This document shows positions 1-11,570 of a DNA stretch of 64,000 nt, piece after piece; positions within the stretch are counted from its first letter, which is position 1, and each line of letters opens with the position of its first letter. The notes below the pieces were generated by a model. That model searched no databases. It saw nothing but the letters and a program-made list of their open reading frames with translations, and was not told the DNA's origin. The stretch is from an uncultured Chloroflexia bacterium (GTDB lineage: Bacteria; Chloroflexota; Anaerolineae; JAAEKA01), in NCBI GenBank assembly GCA_963707275.1, contig CAVPPH010000010.1, forward strand, positions 44,764-108,763, in the 5' to 3' direction. Both the position numbers and the translations under genes were made by a program.

Positions 1-60
1 CCGCACTGCCCATACAGTCCGTCCCGTCCGTGGCGCTCTGACTCGGCCCATTTTACCACA

Positions 61-125
61 ATTATATCGGTTTTGTATCGGTAAAACGCTTGCTTTGCGG
101 CAAATTTGGTTGTTTACTTAAGGAA
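61..125. promoter_or_regulatory. Conserved upstream block A with direct repeat TATATCGGTTTTGTATCGGTAAAAC; ~80% identical to block at 9448-9515
   Basis: Direct sequence comparison within window; shares core TATCGGTTTTG(G)TATCG with sites at 8703, 9448, 18996. Confidence 0.5.
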
Positions 126-198
126 CTTCGGCAACAAGGCATGATTGTTGTCGTAAATACCCATCTTCAGCCGCAAGGCATCTGCAAAGGAGTATCCC

Positions 199-603
199 AT
201 GACCCGCTCGAAATCACGCAGTCTCGTCACGTTGCTCGTTCTGATCATCGCGCTGGTAGCGCTGCCAGCCGCTGCGTCAGCCGCGCCGCCGCAGCCAACC
301 CTGGGTGTGTACATCACGCCTGTCGGCAGTCCTACCTGGAGGCCGGTCGACTTCCACCTGTTCTCGGCGCCGCTCGGCACGGCAAAAAGCGGTTACGTCG
401 AGTTCGGTGAGACGACAGAGGCTCTCTTGCCGCCGCCGAACCATCGTGCCGCACCAGGATCTGGGTATCGGACCGGGCGCGCCGCACACTGGTTACGACA
501 CAGAGATGGCAGCCGGCGTGGCAGCGAATGGCTATCGCGAAACGGTGCGGTTTCGTCCGTCGGAGTTCTCGCAATGGGATGGGCATATGGACGGCGTGGA
601 TGA
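199..603 (+). CDS. Secreted hypothetical protein (signal peptide then AAPPQP motif; N-terminus resembles 19132-19521 protein); downstream frames to ~950 suggest frameshifted longer gene
   Basis: ORF with N-terminal hydrophobic signal LVTLLVLIIALVALPAAASAAPPQP; similar signal+AAPPEP start in ORF 19132-19521; overlapping ORFs in 3 frames to 952. Confidence 0.35.
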   Translation: MTRSKSRSLVTLLVLIIALVALPAAASAAPPQPTLGVYITPVGSPTWRPVDFHLFSAPLGTAKSGYVEFGETTEALLPPPNHRAAPGSGYRTGRAAHWLRHRDGSRRGSEWLSRNGAVSSVGVLAMGWAYGRRG

Positions 604-996
604 ACGTGCCAGATCCGGGAACGACCGGCTCCTCGCCGGACTTCACGTCAGGACCGATCATTCCCAACAGCCTCTTCCCAATCCACGTCACGGCTGTTTC
701 CACCCGCAACGGTGCGCCGTATTCAACGTGTTCGAGGGTGACGTGCCCGCGCTTGATAGCGATCTCGACCCACCTTTCGACGTGGATGGCCACAGCCACT
801 TCCCGTTCTTTCTGGCCGACAACTCCGACTTCGGTCCTCCTCATACGCAGGTGAATGGCAGCTATCGGTGGGACGTTACGATGCGGGACAGTGGTGGCAA
901 CGGCTGGGATATCGAGGTCGATTTCCTTATCGGGGGATGGGGCAACCAATAGGATTCACATGGTCGCTGTCAGTTGACAGCATTTTGTGAAGGCCG

Positions 997-1096
997 AGCC
1001 CCTTCGGGTTTCCGTGTGTTCACCGCGACTCGCGACCCACAACGTCGCATCCATCGCAGGCGAGTCGTGGTGAACCACGAGAAACCCGAAGGGGCT
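997..1096. repeat. Long imperfect inverted repeat (~37-nt arms) forming a stem-loop between secreted-protein ORF and SBP gene
   Basis: AGCCCCTTCGGGTTTCCGTGTGTTCACCGCGACTCGC ... GCGAGTCGTGGTGAACCACGAGAAACCCGAAGGGGCT read directly. Confidence 0.6.
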
Positions 1097-1280
1097 GGCG
1101 GATCAGGTTTTCGCAAGCAGGACTGATCGATGTCCCTCGGTGGACTGACAGTCCTGCTCTATCGTACAAGTTTCCCAACGCGTGTGCAAGTGGCTGTACA
1201 GCCAGACCGGGACTGTCAGTCCTGCCCGAAGGAGGATTGATCCGTGACATTCATTCACTCATTGATCGGAGGAGAAGGTT

Positions 1281-3183
1281 ATGTTTCACAGGAAGTGGGC
1301 CGCACTCTTTGTGGTCGTGATCCTAGCAAGCCTGGCGCTGTCTGCCTGCCAGGCGCCGGCGCCGCCGGCTCAACCGGTGGTTCAGACCGTCGTCGTCCAG
1401 CAGACGGTGGTGCAGACCGTCGTCCAGACAGTCGAGTCGACCGTAGAGACGGTCAAGGAAGTAGTGGTCACCGCGACGCCTGAGGCCGGCGAGAAGGTGA
1501 CGCTCAACATCAATCTCGGCGAGGAGCCGGCGACGCTCGATCCCTCGCTGGTCGCTGACGTCACCTCGGCCGAAGTCGTCGACAACCTGTTCCTGGGCTT
1601 GACCAACATCGGCGCCGATGGCAGCGTCGAGCCGGAGTTGGCCACCGACTGGAGCGTGTCCGACGACCGGCTGACCTACACGTTCAACATGCGCGACGAC
1701 GCGACCTGGGTGACGCTACACACCGTCGGGCGGCATGCAGGAGTTGGGACCGGTCACCGCCTATGACGTGGTCTACGGCGTGCGCCGCACCTGCGACCCG
1801 CGCACGGGATCGACCTACGCCTACATCGACTACATCATCGCCGGCTGCCAGGAGTTGAACACCACCGACCTGAACGGGATGAGTGAGGACGAAATCCAGG
1901 CGCTGGTGGACAGCGTCGGCGTCAGCGCACCCGACAGCTACACCGTCCAGTTCACCGTGGACACGCCGGCTGCCTACTTCCCCGGCATCGCCGGCATGTG
2001 GGGCAACCGGCCGCAGTACCGCGCCGCCATCGAGGCGCACGGCGAGCGCTGGACCGAGCCGGGCTTCATGGTCAGCAACGGCCCCTACACGCTGGTGAGC
2101 TGGTTCCACGGCGACAACATGGCGCTGGAGAAGAACCCCTTCTGGTACGGCTGGGACGAGGCGACCGGCAACATCGAGCGCATCGAGGTGGCCATGGTGC
2201 CGGAAGAGACGACTTCCATTCGCGCTGTACGAGACAGGTGAACTGGACACGGAGTTCGTGCCCGTCGCCGATCGGGAACGTGTCAAGAACGATCCGGTGC
2301 TGAGCCAGGAGTACAGCCGCTGCGCCGCGCGCCTGTACCACCTACGTCGGCTTCACCAACTCCAAGCCGCCCATGGACAACGTACTGGTGCGGCGGGCGC
2401 TGTCGGCCGCCATCGACCGCCAGAGCCTGATCGACAACGTCACTCAAGGACAACCGCATCCCGGCCAACGCCTTTGCGCCGGCTATGATCTTCGGCAACG
2501 CGGCCGGCGACACGGAGATCGCGCCCTGGACGTTGCCTGAAAGCATGGGCGGCTGGGGCTACGAGAAGGCGCTGGCGCAGGCCAAGGAGTGGCTGGCCGA
2601 AGCGGGCTACCCGGACGGGCAGGGCTTCCCGACGATCACCTACATGCACATCAAGAGCGAGAGCGCCAGCCAGATTGCCCAGGCCATCCAGTCGATGTGG
2701 AAGGAGGGACTCGGCATTGATATGCAGATCGAGACGCAGGAGGGCAATGTCGTGCTGAACACGCTCCAACCGACCACGCCTCTGGCAGGAGCGACCGCAC
2801 GCCTGGTTACATGGGCTGGTGCGCCGACTACGCCGACGAGAACAACTGGGTGCACGAGGTGTTCAACAGCGATGAAGGCGCCGAACTGGTTGAGCTGGGA
2901 CGAAAGCGCCAATGCGCCGCTGGGGCCCGGATGGCAAGAGCTTCAACCAGTTGACCAAGGAAGCGCAGTTGACCGAAGATCCGGCCGAACGCCAGGCGCT
3001 ATACCGCGCCGCCGAGAAGATCCTGGTCGACGACGCCGCAGGCTTTGCACCGCTCTACTACCGTCGTGAGCAACGTGAGTAACCAAGCCCTACCTACAGC
3101 GCACCTATCCCAGCATCGGCGGCAACGAGTGGTACAACTGGGTGCTGGATTGGGACGCCAAGCAGAAAGCACTTGGCAACTAG
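1281..3183 (+). pseudogene. ABC transporter substrate-binding protein, family 5 (oligopeptide/dipeptide SBP), lipoprotein signal; broken into >=4 frames
   Basis: ORFs 1281-1766, 1735-2241, 2258-2488, 2485-3069 in different frames align collinearly with intact paralog 9668-11570; TVVQ repeats, LSAC lipobox. Confidence 0.75.
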
Positions 3184-3189
3184 TGCAAG

Positions 3190-5826
3190 TCATGGGGAAG
3201 TCTCTCGATCCTGGACGGCCAGCACTCCTTCCAGGATCGAGACCGGCTTCTGTAATTACTTGGCCGAATGGCTGTCGCTGACCTCGTGTCCACGCAGCAC
3301 CGAAACTTTCCGTGTCAAGATGGGCTTGTGCTGCCTCGATCAGCCGATCGCAGTCGGCTCGGTAGATTGGCCACATGCGATAGTTCTCGTTGTCGGCGGC
3401 ATCAGCCGCGCCAAGCAGGGCAACAGCCAACTCGTACTTGCCCAAGCTCCAGAGCCAGGCTGGCCGGGCCAATGCACCAGAGACTCCATTCATCTCTGTT
3501 GACCGATATTCCTGGCAGACTGGCGCGGTACCAGGGAATTGCGCCTGCGTAATCGCCTTCGTCCTGGACTAACCTCGCTAGGCTAAGGTAGGAGCCACAA
3601 AGATTGGGGTCCTGCTCGTTCCCAAGTTTCTTGAAACGCCGTAGCATCTGGTCTAGAAACGCGTGGGCTGCAACAAAATCCTTCTGTCGAATTGTCGTGA
3701 GAAGTCAGACCAGTAAGTGTTTCCACACTAATGTAGCTTTCCCCGCTTTGCCGCTCGATTGTCATACTTTGTTCGAAGAGCGATCTTGCACGACCGAGAT
3801 CGCCATTTGCATAGGCAACTTCACCCAGCCGGTTCAGTGGCCATGTAAACCCCAGACCTTCCCGTTGCGCAATGGCAAGGTTTTCCTCGCCTAACTCCTG
3901 TGCTCGAACAAAATCACCTCTCACTAAGGCTACTTTTGTGAGGAAAAAGAGAGCCCACGAGACGCCGGAAGGCGATTTAAGTTCTCTGTAACACGCGAGA
4001 GCATTTTCAAGGTACCGATTGGCAGCGGTTGAGTCTTGCAACCACCACAACGCCATTCGTCCCAGAAGCGTCAAGGCATCAGCTTTTCCCTGGTCATATC
4101 CAAAATATGTGCTGATGGCCAGGCATTCTTCAAACATGGTTCGCGCCTGGGCAACCTCTCCCTTGTATAACATGATGATGCCTGCTTCATACAGCACCCT
4201 TGCTCGTGCAATGGTTGGATCTGAGGCACCGGGAAGCGCAAGTATCTTGTCAATCAAATGGATTGCCTCTGCGTAGGGACCTCGCTGACGATACCAACTT
4301 GCAAGATACGCGGTAATGAGCAAGGACGCTTGTCGTTCGTGTTGGATAGCCGAAGCATGGGCTGCACGCATGTTGTGGATTTCGTCATCGATCAGGCGGT
4401 TCGTGCAGTAGGCGTCTAGGATTGGGATCCATTCGATCGGCGTTCTCAACGAGTTGTAAGAAACTGCTGGCATGGCGGGCCCGCAGAGCGTCTTCCTCCC
4501 CGCTGGCAGCCAGCCTCTCCAGGCCGAACTCGCGCACCGTTTCCAGCATTGCATACCGTGTTTCACCGTACAGTCCGATCTCACGCTGCACCAAGTTTCT
4601 TTCTAGAAGCAGGGCGATGCCGCCCAGGACGGTTGCCTCCTGGTTTTCCTGGTCGTTCTTCTCCCCACACACCATCTCGGCGGCCTCCAGCGTGAAGCCG
4701 CCGGCGAAGACCGACAGACGCCGGAACAGCGTCTGCTCGGCCGGCGAGAGCAGGTCGTAGCTCCAGCCGATGGCGCCGCGCAGGGTCTTCTGGCGGGCGG
4801 AGACGTCGCGCAGGCCGTCGGTCGAGAGCAGCCACGGGCCGTGCAGGCGCTGCCAGCAGCTCCTTCGGCGGCAGCAGCTTGACCCGCGCCGCGACCAGCT
4901 CGATGGCCAGCGGCAGGCCGTCCAGCCGGCGGCACAGCTCGGCCACCGCGGCGGCGTTGCCGTCGTCGACGGCGAAGTCGGGCAGCACCGCCTCGGCGCG
5001 GTCGGCGAAGAGTGCTACCGACGGGTAGCGCAGCATGTCGCTGGCCGTGACCACGCTCGCGCCGGCCATCTCGGCCGGCAGCGCCAGCGGCAGGACGTGG
5101 ATCTGCCGTTCGCCGCGCACTCGCAGCGGCTGGCGGCTGGTGACCAGCACGTGCAGCCACGGACAGCGTCGCAGCAGGTCGTCCACCAGCGGCGCGGCGG
5201 CCACGATCTGCTCGAAGTTGTCCAGCACCAGGAGCAGGTGCTTCTCCTCCAGATAGGCGCGCAGTTGCAGTTCCGGCGGGTTGGGACCGCTCATCTGCAA
5301 GCCCAGCGCCTGCGCGATCGCCGCGGCCACCTGGTCGGGGTCGGTGACCGGCGCCAGGCGCACGAAGAAGACGCCGTCGTCGAACTGCTCCAGCACATCC
5401 TCGGCCACGGCCAGGGAGAGCCGCGTCTTGCCGACGCCGGGCGGACCGACGAGGGTGACCAGCCGCGCGCCGTCGCTCAACAGCCGCCGTCGTACCACGG
5501 TGATGTCGTGGGCGCGGCCGATGAGCGGCGTGAGCTGGGCGGGGAGGTTGTTGGGGCGCTGTGGACGCAGCAGGCGCGCGGTGGTCGGTGAAGTCCTCGA
5601 CCGTGCCGCGCGCCAGGGCGATCAGGTCGGGCAGGTCGGCGTCGTCTGCGCCGAGCGCCTGCGCCAGGGACGTGACCAGCGGCGCGGACGGTTGCAGGTC
5701 GCCGCTTTCGATTTTGCGCAGCGTGACCTCGGCGCAGCCCGCCTGCTGCGCCAGCGCTTTCTGTGTCAGCCCCAGCGCCTTGCGCCGTTGTTTGAGCCAG
5801 TGGCCGAAGGTTGTTGTCTTAAGCAT
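3190..5826 (-). pseudogene. STAND-type regulator copy 1: HTH_XRE + NB-ARC (P-loop GPPGVGKT) + TPR; multiple frameshifts
   Basis: ORFs 4603-5826, 4581-5498, 4385-4675, 3583-4584, 3402-3647 (minus) are collinear with intact paralog 16180-18789. Confidence 0.75.
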
Positions 5827-5834
5827 GCCGTGCC

Positions 5835-8504
5835 TCAGGTGCTGCTTGTTCCTCGACGCGCAGCACTTCCTCCAGGATCGAGACCGCCTCCTCTGATCAC
5901 CTGTTCGAATGCGAAGTTCGCGCCCTTCCGTCCACGCAGCATCAAAGCGCTCGACACCCAGGTGGGTGCGGGCGACTGTCGACGAGGCGATTGTAGTCGT
6001 TTCGCTGGAAGGGCATCAGAGCGATAATCTGGCATGTCCGCAGCCTCGATCATGCCTAACAGCTTGGCGGCCAACTCGTGTCGCTCCAAGGCTTCGGCCA
6101 GAGCAGCCAGACCAAGGCCCCAGTCACACCAATCTGTTCTGTCATACCTCACTCCAGGCAGGCCTACTCGTACAACCGACTGCGCCAGCGTAGTCACCTT
6201 CTGACCTGCGCCAGTATCCCCAGAAGCAGGTAGCAATCACAGAGTTGGCGTATTGCCAATAGTAGTTGTTTCCCTTGAGCATGCTATGACCTCATCCAGA
6301 AAGGCATGGGCAGCCGGGAAGTCCCCTGGCGCGTCGCAATCTCTGCCAAATCAACAAGGGTGCTCATGTCAGTGCCTCATCCTTCCGTGTTGCCGCTCAA
6401 TCGACAATGCCTGCTCGTAATAGCGATCGTGCCTCATCAAGGTCACCTTCAGCGTACGCGATGGCCCCCAGATCTTGTAGCGGCCATGGAAACCTGAAGC
6501 CTGCCTGCTGTGCGATGGTGAGCGCTTTCCTCGCTCAGCGCTCGTGCCGCGCGAAAGGCTTCCCGTATGACATGCGATTTCGGCCAGGAATGCACAGAGA
6601 GATAAGGAAATACCGTCGGGGTCGTCCAGCTTTCTGATAGATTGAGAGCGAGCTTGTTCAAGATATTGGACAGCTATACTCTGATCATATCGGCCGTACC
6701 AAGTGAATTTGTCCCAGGCCATAGCAGGGCATCAGCCTCCCCCTTTTCGTATTCCAGTTCCTGGCTGAGAACAAGGCTCTCTTCAGCATAGGCCTGAGCT
6801 TATCGCATTCATTGCTACACGAGCATGAGGATTGCCTGCCTCACGCAGAGCCTTCGCTCGGGGAATCGTATGGGCTGAGGCGTCAGGCAAGGCGAGAACT
6901 TCTTCTATCAAACGCATGCCTTCCGCATATGGACCTCGTTGGCCAAACCAGCGCAAGATAGGGCTGCGGTCAGCAACAACGCGGCCTGAACGTCAGTTCC
7001 ATCGCCCAGGCCAGTGCAGCGCGCACGTTGTGGATTTCGTCGTCGACGAAGTGGCGTACCTGCCAGAAGCCGGAGTCTAGGTCCAGAATGTTCGGCTTTC
7101 TCGACAAGTCGGAGAAGCAACTTACATGCCGTGCGCGTAACACCTCTTCTTGGCTGGCTCGAATTCATCCGTTCCAACCCGTACTCGCGCACCGTCTCGA
7201 GCATGACGTAGCGCGGATCACCGTACATGCCAGTTTCACGGTGCAACAGGCTCTTGTCCAGCAACGAACCGATGCCGTCGAGCACCTGGGCGGCGAGAGG
7301 GGGAGCGGGAGCGGGGAGAGAGGGTTTCTCCGCACAGCAGTTCGGCCGCTTCCAGCGTGAAGCCGCCGACAAAGACGGACAGGTACGTGAACAGCGCCTG
7401 CTCGACCGGCGAGAGCAGGTCATAGCTCCAGCCGATGGCGCCGCGCAGGGTCTTCTGGCGGGCGGAGACGTCGCGCAGGCCGTCGGTCGAGAGCAGCCAC
7501 GGGCCGTGCAGGCGCGCCAGCAACTCGTTCGGCGGCAGCAGCTTGACCCGCGCCGCGACCAGCTCGATGGCCAGCGGCAGGCCGTCCAGCCGGCGGCACA
7601 GCTCGGCCACGGCGGCGGCGTTGCCGTCGTCGACGGCGAAGTCGGGCAGCACCGCCTCGGCGCGGTCGGCGAAGAGGGCCACCGACGGGTAGCGCAGCAT
7701 GTCCTGGGCGGTCACCGCGCTCGGCGGCCGACGCAGCCAGCCGGCAGCGCCAGCGGCTGGACGTGGATCTGCCGTTCGCCGCGCACCCGCAGCGGCTGGC
7801 GGCTGGTCACCAGCACGTGCAGCCACGGACAGCGGCGCAGCAGGTCGTCCACCAGCGGCGCGGCGGCCACGATCTGCTCGAAGTTGTCCAGCACCAGGAG
7901 CAGGTGCTTCTCCTCCAGCCAGGCGCGGCAGTTGCAGCTCCGGCGGGTTGGGGCCGCCCATCTGCAAGCCCAGCGTCTGCGCGATGGCCGCTGCCACTTG
8001 GGCGGGGTCGCTGACCGGCGCCAGGCGCACGAAGAAGACGCCGTCGTCGAACTGTTCCAGCACGTCCTCGGCCACGGCCAGGGAAAGCCGCGTCTTGCCG
8101 ACGCCGGGCGGGCCGAGGAGGGTGACCAGCCGCGCGCCGTCGCTCAACAGCCGCCGTCGCACCACGGTGATGTCGTGGGCGCGGCCGATGAGCGGCGTGA
8201 GTTGGGCGGGCAGGTTGTTGGGGCGCTGTGGACGGAGGAGGCGCGCGGTGGTGGTGAAGTCCTCGACCGTGCCGCGCGCCAGGGCGATCAGGTCGGGTAG
8301 GTCGGCGTCGTCTGCGCCGAGCGCCTGCGCCAGGGACGTGACCAGCGGCGCGGAGGGCTGCAGGTCGCCGCTTTCGATCTTGCGCAGCGTGACCTCGGCG
8401 CAGCCTGCCTGCTGCGCCAGCGCTTTCTGTGTCAGCCCCAGCGCCTTGCGCCGCTGTTTGAGCCAATGACCGAAGTCGCCTGTCCTGGCAACCCTGTCTG
8501 CCAT
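5835..8504 (-). pseudogene. STAND-type regulator copy 2 (tandem to copy 1): HTH_XRE + NB-ARC + degraded TPR; many frameshifts/stops
   Basis: ORFs 7236-8504, 7712-7894, 6908-7423, 6369-6722, 5835-6236 (minus) match successive segments of 16180-18789 protein. Confidence 0.7.
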
Positions 8505-8694
8505 TGTTTCCTCTTTGTCGCCATCAAATCCAAAAGTGTGACCGAATTCACCGTTTTTGTGTGACCCGCTTCATAGCGGGATTTGCAAACATGCGCGATG
8601 ATGTCCTCAACCAACTGGTTCGATCCATTTGGGGCCTACATCTCAATCCCTGTGCTCACATCGTATCTATGTGTCGCCCGGACGGTCGCGGTAT

Positions 8695-8760
8695 TGTATC
8701 ACATTGTTATCGGTATTGGTATCGCAAATCGATTCCAAGAAGGGCACAAATCCGCTTCAA
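8695..8760. promoter_or_regulatory. Conserved divergent-promoter block C (ATTGTATCACATTGTTATCGGTATTGGTATCGCAAAT...GCACAAATCC...TTCAATAATGACAGG)
   Basis: ~85% identical to block 18985-19080; both lie ~200 bp upstream (divergent) of an HTH-NB-ARC-TPR regulator start. Confidence 0.55.
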
Positions 8761-8766
8761 TAATGA

Positions 8767-9008
8767 CAGGTGGCGACAGGGCCGATATTGTCGACGACGC
8801 GGTCCTCCGGGTCTACCCTGACTGGTCCCAGGTCAGGGTAGACGATCTGGAATACCTGGTGACCGATGGGACATACGTTGTCAGCGACGGCTCTGCCCTG
8901 CGCCGGGCGCACTTGTCCGTGATGTATTGGCCGGTCATGCAGCCCCGGCGGGCGGTCTGGCTGGAGGCTCGTCCCCGCAGGACGGTCGATCGCATCAGGT
9001 TGCGATGA
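8767..9008 (+). pseudogene. 5'-truncated remnant of cadherin-like small secreted protein (C-terminal half only)
   Basis: DDAVLRVYPDWSQV...YLVTDGTYVVSDGSA...SVMYWPV aligns with C-terminal halves of paralogs 9023-9415, 20157-20534; no signal peptide, no stop at paralog position. Confidence 0.4.
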
Positions 9009-9022
9009 AAGGAGAATGTGTG

Positions 9023-9415
9023 ATGAACATCCTGTTGATAGTTGTGATCCTGGTTGTCAGCCTGATCCCGCTGCCGGCCAGAGAACGGTATCATGTCCCG
9101 GTTGCCCGGGCCGATGATCGGACGCTGGTGTATCAAATGCCATACGTTGACATTGACGTCGTCAACAACGACTTCGGCCCGGGCCGGAACAGTTTGCACG
9201 TGGTCGCGGTCACGGTCGCTCAAGGCCAGGGGGTGGAGATCATTGACGGGTCAACGGTGCGGGTGTACGTCGATTGGGCCAGCTATTTGGCCGACGCCAC
9301 TGCCAACGATGCTGTGGCGGGCAGAGTAGCCCACGGAACCTACATCGTCAGCAACGGCTACGCCCAGTCGCGGGCGCAGTGGGCGGTGTGGTACGTGCCG
9401 GATATGAAGGTCTGA
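9023..9415 (+). CDS. Small secreted/membrane-anchored single cadherin-like (VCBS/Cadherin_5-like) domain protein, paralog P1
   Basis: N-terminal TM/signal, then VDIDVVNNDFGPG..VVAVTV...YVDW...GTYIVSNG...WAVWYVP; RBS AAAGGAGA 7 nt upstream of ATG 9023. Confidence 0.7.
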   Translation: MNILLIVVILVVSLIPLPARERYHVPVARADDRTLVYQMPYVDIDVVNNDFGPGRNSLHVVAVTVAQGQGVEIIDGSTVRVYVDWASYLADATANDAVAGRVAHGTYIVSNGYAQSRAQWAVWYVPDMKV

Positions 9416-9447
9416 ACCAATCGATACAGCGCGGTTCTCTTGCCACA

Positions 9448-9515
9448 TTTATATCGCTTTTGTATCGGTCAAACCCTTGCGGCGCGGCTGCTTGCGTTGT
9501 TTACTGGAGGAACAG
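9448..9515. promoter_or_regulatory. Conserved upstream block B (TTATATCGCTTTTGTATCGGTCAAAC...TTGTTTACTGGAGGAAC) upstream of SBP2
   Basis: ~80% identity to 61-125. Confidence 0.5.
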
Positions 9516-9667
9516 TGATACCTTGCAGGGTTTACCTGCCGTTGCGAGCGGCGCCGGGCGAGCTGGGTTTGGAGGGTTTTCGTGCCCACTCAGGCTGCTG
9601 AGGATTAAGAGTCCTGCTTGTGAGGTTTCGCTTGATTGACATCGTTCGTATTCCGGAGGTAGAGGAA

Positions 9668-11570
9668 ATGGATGCCATGAAACGTGTCGCACTATTCTTG
9701 TTCATAATTGGGGCTTGCCTATTGCTGGCCGCCTGCCAGGTGCCGCCGGCGGTGCAGATTGAGCAGGTTGCGCCAACTGTTGGCGTTCAGCCGGCGACCG
9801 CTCCGGTCGTCGATCAACCGGCCGCGCCGATTAGCGAGACGGCGTCGGTGAACACTGTTGGCGCTGCGTCGCCTGAGAGCGATCAGACCGTAACGCTCAA
9901 CATGAACCTGCCCTACGGCGATCCGATGAGCCTGGACCCGTCGCTGGCAGCCGATGGGGTCTCAGTTAACCTCGTCGACAACCTCTTTGTGGGGTTGACC
10001 GACATCCGCGCCGATGGCAGCGTTGCGCCGGCGCTGGCTACCGACTGGAGCGTCTCCGACGACCGGCTGACTTACACCTTCAACCTGCGCGACGACGCCA
10101 CCTGGGTGCGCTACACGGCCGCCGCCGGCGTGCAGCAGTTGGGACCGGTCACGGCTTACGACGTCGTCTACGGCGTCAAGCGCACCTGCGATCCGCGCAC
10201 GGCGGCGACGTCAGTCTATCTGGATTACGTCATCGCTGGTTGCCACAAACTGAACGCTGCCGACCCGGCAAGGCTGAGCGAACAAGAGGTTCAGGCGCTG
10301 ATAGACAACGTGGGCGTCAGCGCGCCCGACAGCACCACGGTACAGTTCACGCTGAATACGCAGGCTGTCTATTTTCCGCAGATTGCCGGACTGTGGGTCA
10401 ACCGGCCGCAAAACCGGACCGCGATCGAAGAGAATGGCAACCACTGGACGAATCCGGGCCAGATCGTGACCAACGGCCCCTACCTGTTGGCGCGCTGGTT
10501 TCATTACGATGACATGACGCTGGAGAAGAACCCGTTTTGGTATGGCTGGGACGAGGCGGCTGGCAACATCGAACGCATCGAACTGCGCATGACGACCGAT
10601 CAATCGTTGGCTTTCAAGATGTACAAGTTCGGCACATTGGACACGGACAGCGTGCCCGCGGCTGAAATCGACCACGTCAAGAGCGACCCGGTGCTGAGCC
10701 AGGAGTACGTCCATGCGCCAGAGGCGTGTACCTCCATCGTTGGCTTCACAAATTCCAAGCCGCCGCTGGACAACGTGCTGGTGCGCAAAGCACTGGCGGC
10801 TGCCATCGACCGCCAGAGCCTGATCGACAGCGTGCTCAAGGGTAACGAAATTCCTGCCAACACGTTCGCTCCGGGCATGGTTTTCGGCAGCCCGGCCGGC
10901 GACCCCGATATCGCGCCCTGGGCGCTGCCTGAAAGCATGGGCGGCTGGGGCTACGACAAGTCGCTGGCGCAGGCCAGGGAATGGCTGGCTGAGGCGGGTT
11001 ATCCCGACGGCCAGGGCTTCCCGGCGATCACTTTCATGCATTCCCAATATGTGACGTCCGATCAGGTGATGAGAGCCATCCAGTCCATGTGGGCGGACGG
11101 CCTGGGGATCGAGGTTGCGATCGAGTCCACCGAACACGAAGTGTTCTACGACACGATCGATGCCAATACGCCGTTGGACGAACGGCCAAACGCCTGGACG
11201 CTGGTCTGGTGCGCTGACTACGCCGACGAAAACAACTGGGTGTACGAGGTGTTCAACAGCGACGACGGCACGACCTGGGCGAGTTGGGACGCGACTGCCA
11301 ACGCGCCGCTGGGTCCGCAAGGCATGAACTTCAACCAGTTGACCAAGGATGCGCAGCAAGTGGAGGATCCGACGCAGCGCCTGGCGCTCTACCGCGCCGC
11401 CGAGAAGATTTCTGGTAGACGATGCCACGGCCATCGCGCCGTTGTACTACAGCGTTCGCAATGAGGTGGCCAAGCCCTACTTGCAGCGTACCTACCGCGA
11501 CATCGGCGGCGAACAGTGGTCGACCTGGGTGCTGGACTGGGCCGCCAAGCAAGCCGCGCTTGATCGCTAG
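9668..11570 (+). CDS. ABC transporter substrate-binding protein family 5 (oligopeptide SBP), lipoprotein; one frameshift near 11400
   Basis: 614-aa ORF 9620-11464 with LLLAAC lipobox and SBP_bac_5-like core; C-terminal 70 aa continue in ORF 11349-11570 (KPYLQRTYRDIGGEQWSTWVLDW), matching end of paralog 1281-3183. Confidence 0.8.

Noticed and set aside
2999-3493. 164-aa minus ORF overlapping end of SBP1
   Set aside because: Only its first ~30 codons correspond to regulator-1 C-terminus. The rest is antisense read-through of the SBP gene after a frameshift.
4770-5591. Long plus-strand ORFs (4770-5591, 5281-6027, 7227-8300, 7699-8469, 18259-18837) inside the regulator genes
   Set aside because: Antisense to strong NB-ARC/HTH homology. 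Arg/Ala/Gly-rich low-complexity translations typical of spurious ORFs in high-GC DNA. Identical products across copies just reflect the DNA identity of the real genes.
10211-11434. 407-aa minus-strand ORF opposite SBP2 and 442-aa minus ORF 13779-15107 opposite the repeat protein
   Set aside because: Antisense artefacts. Sense strands carry clear domain homology, signal peptides and RBS.
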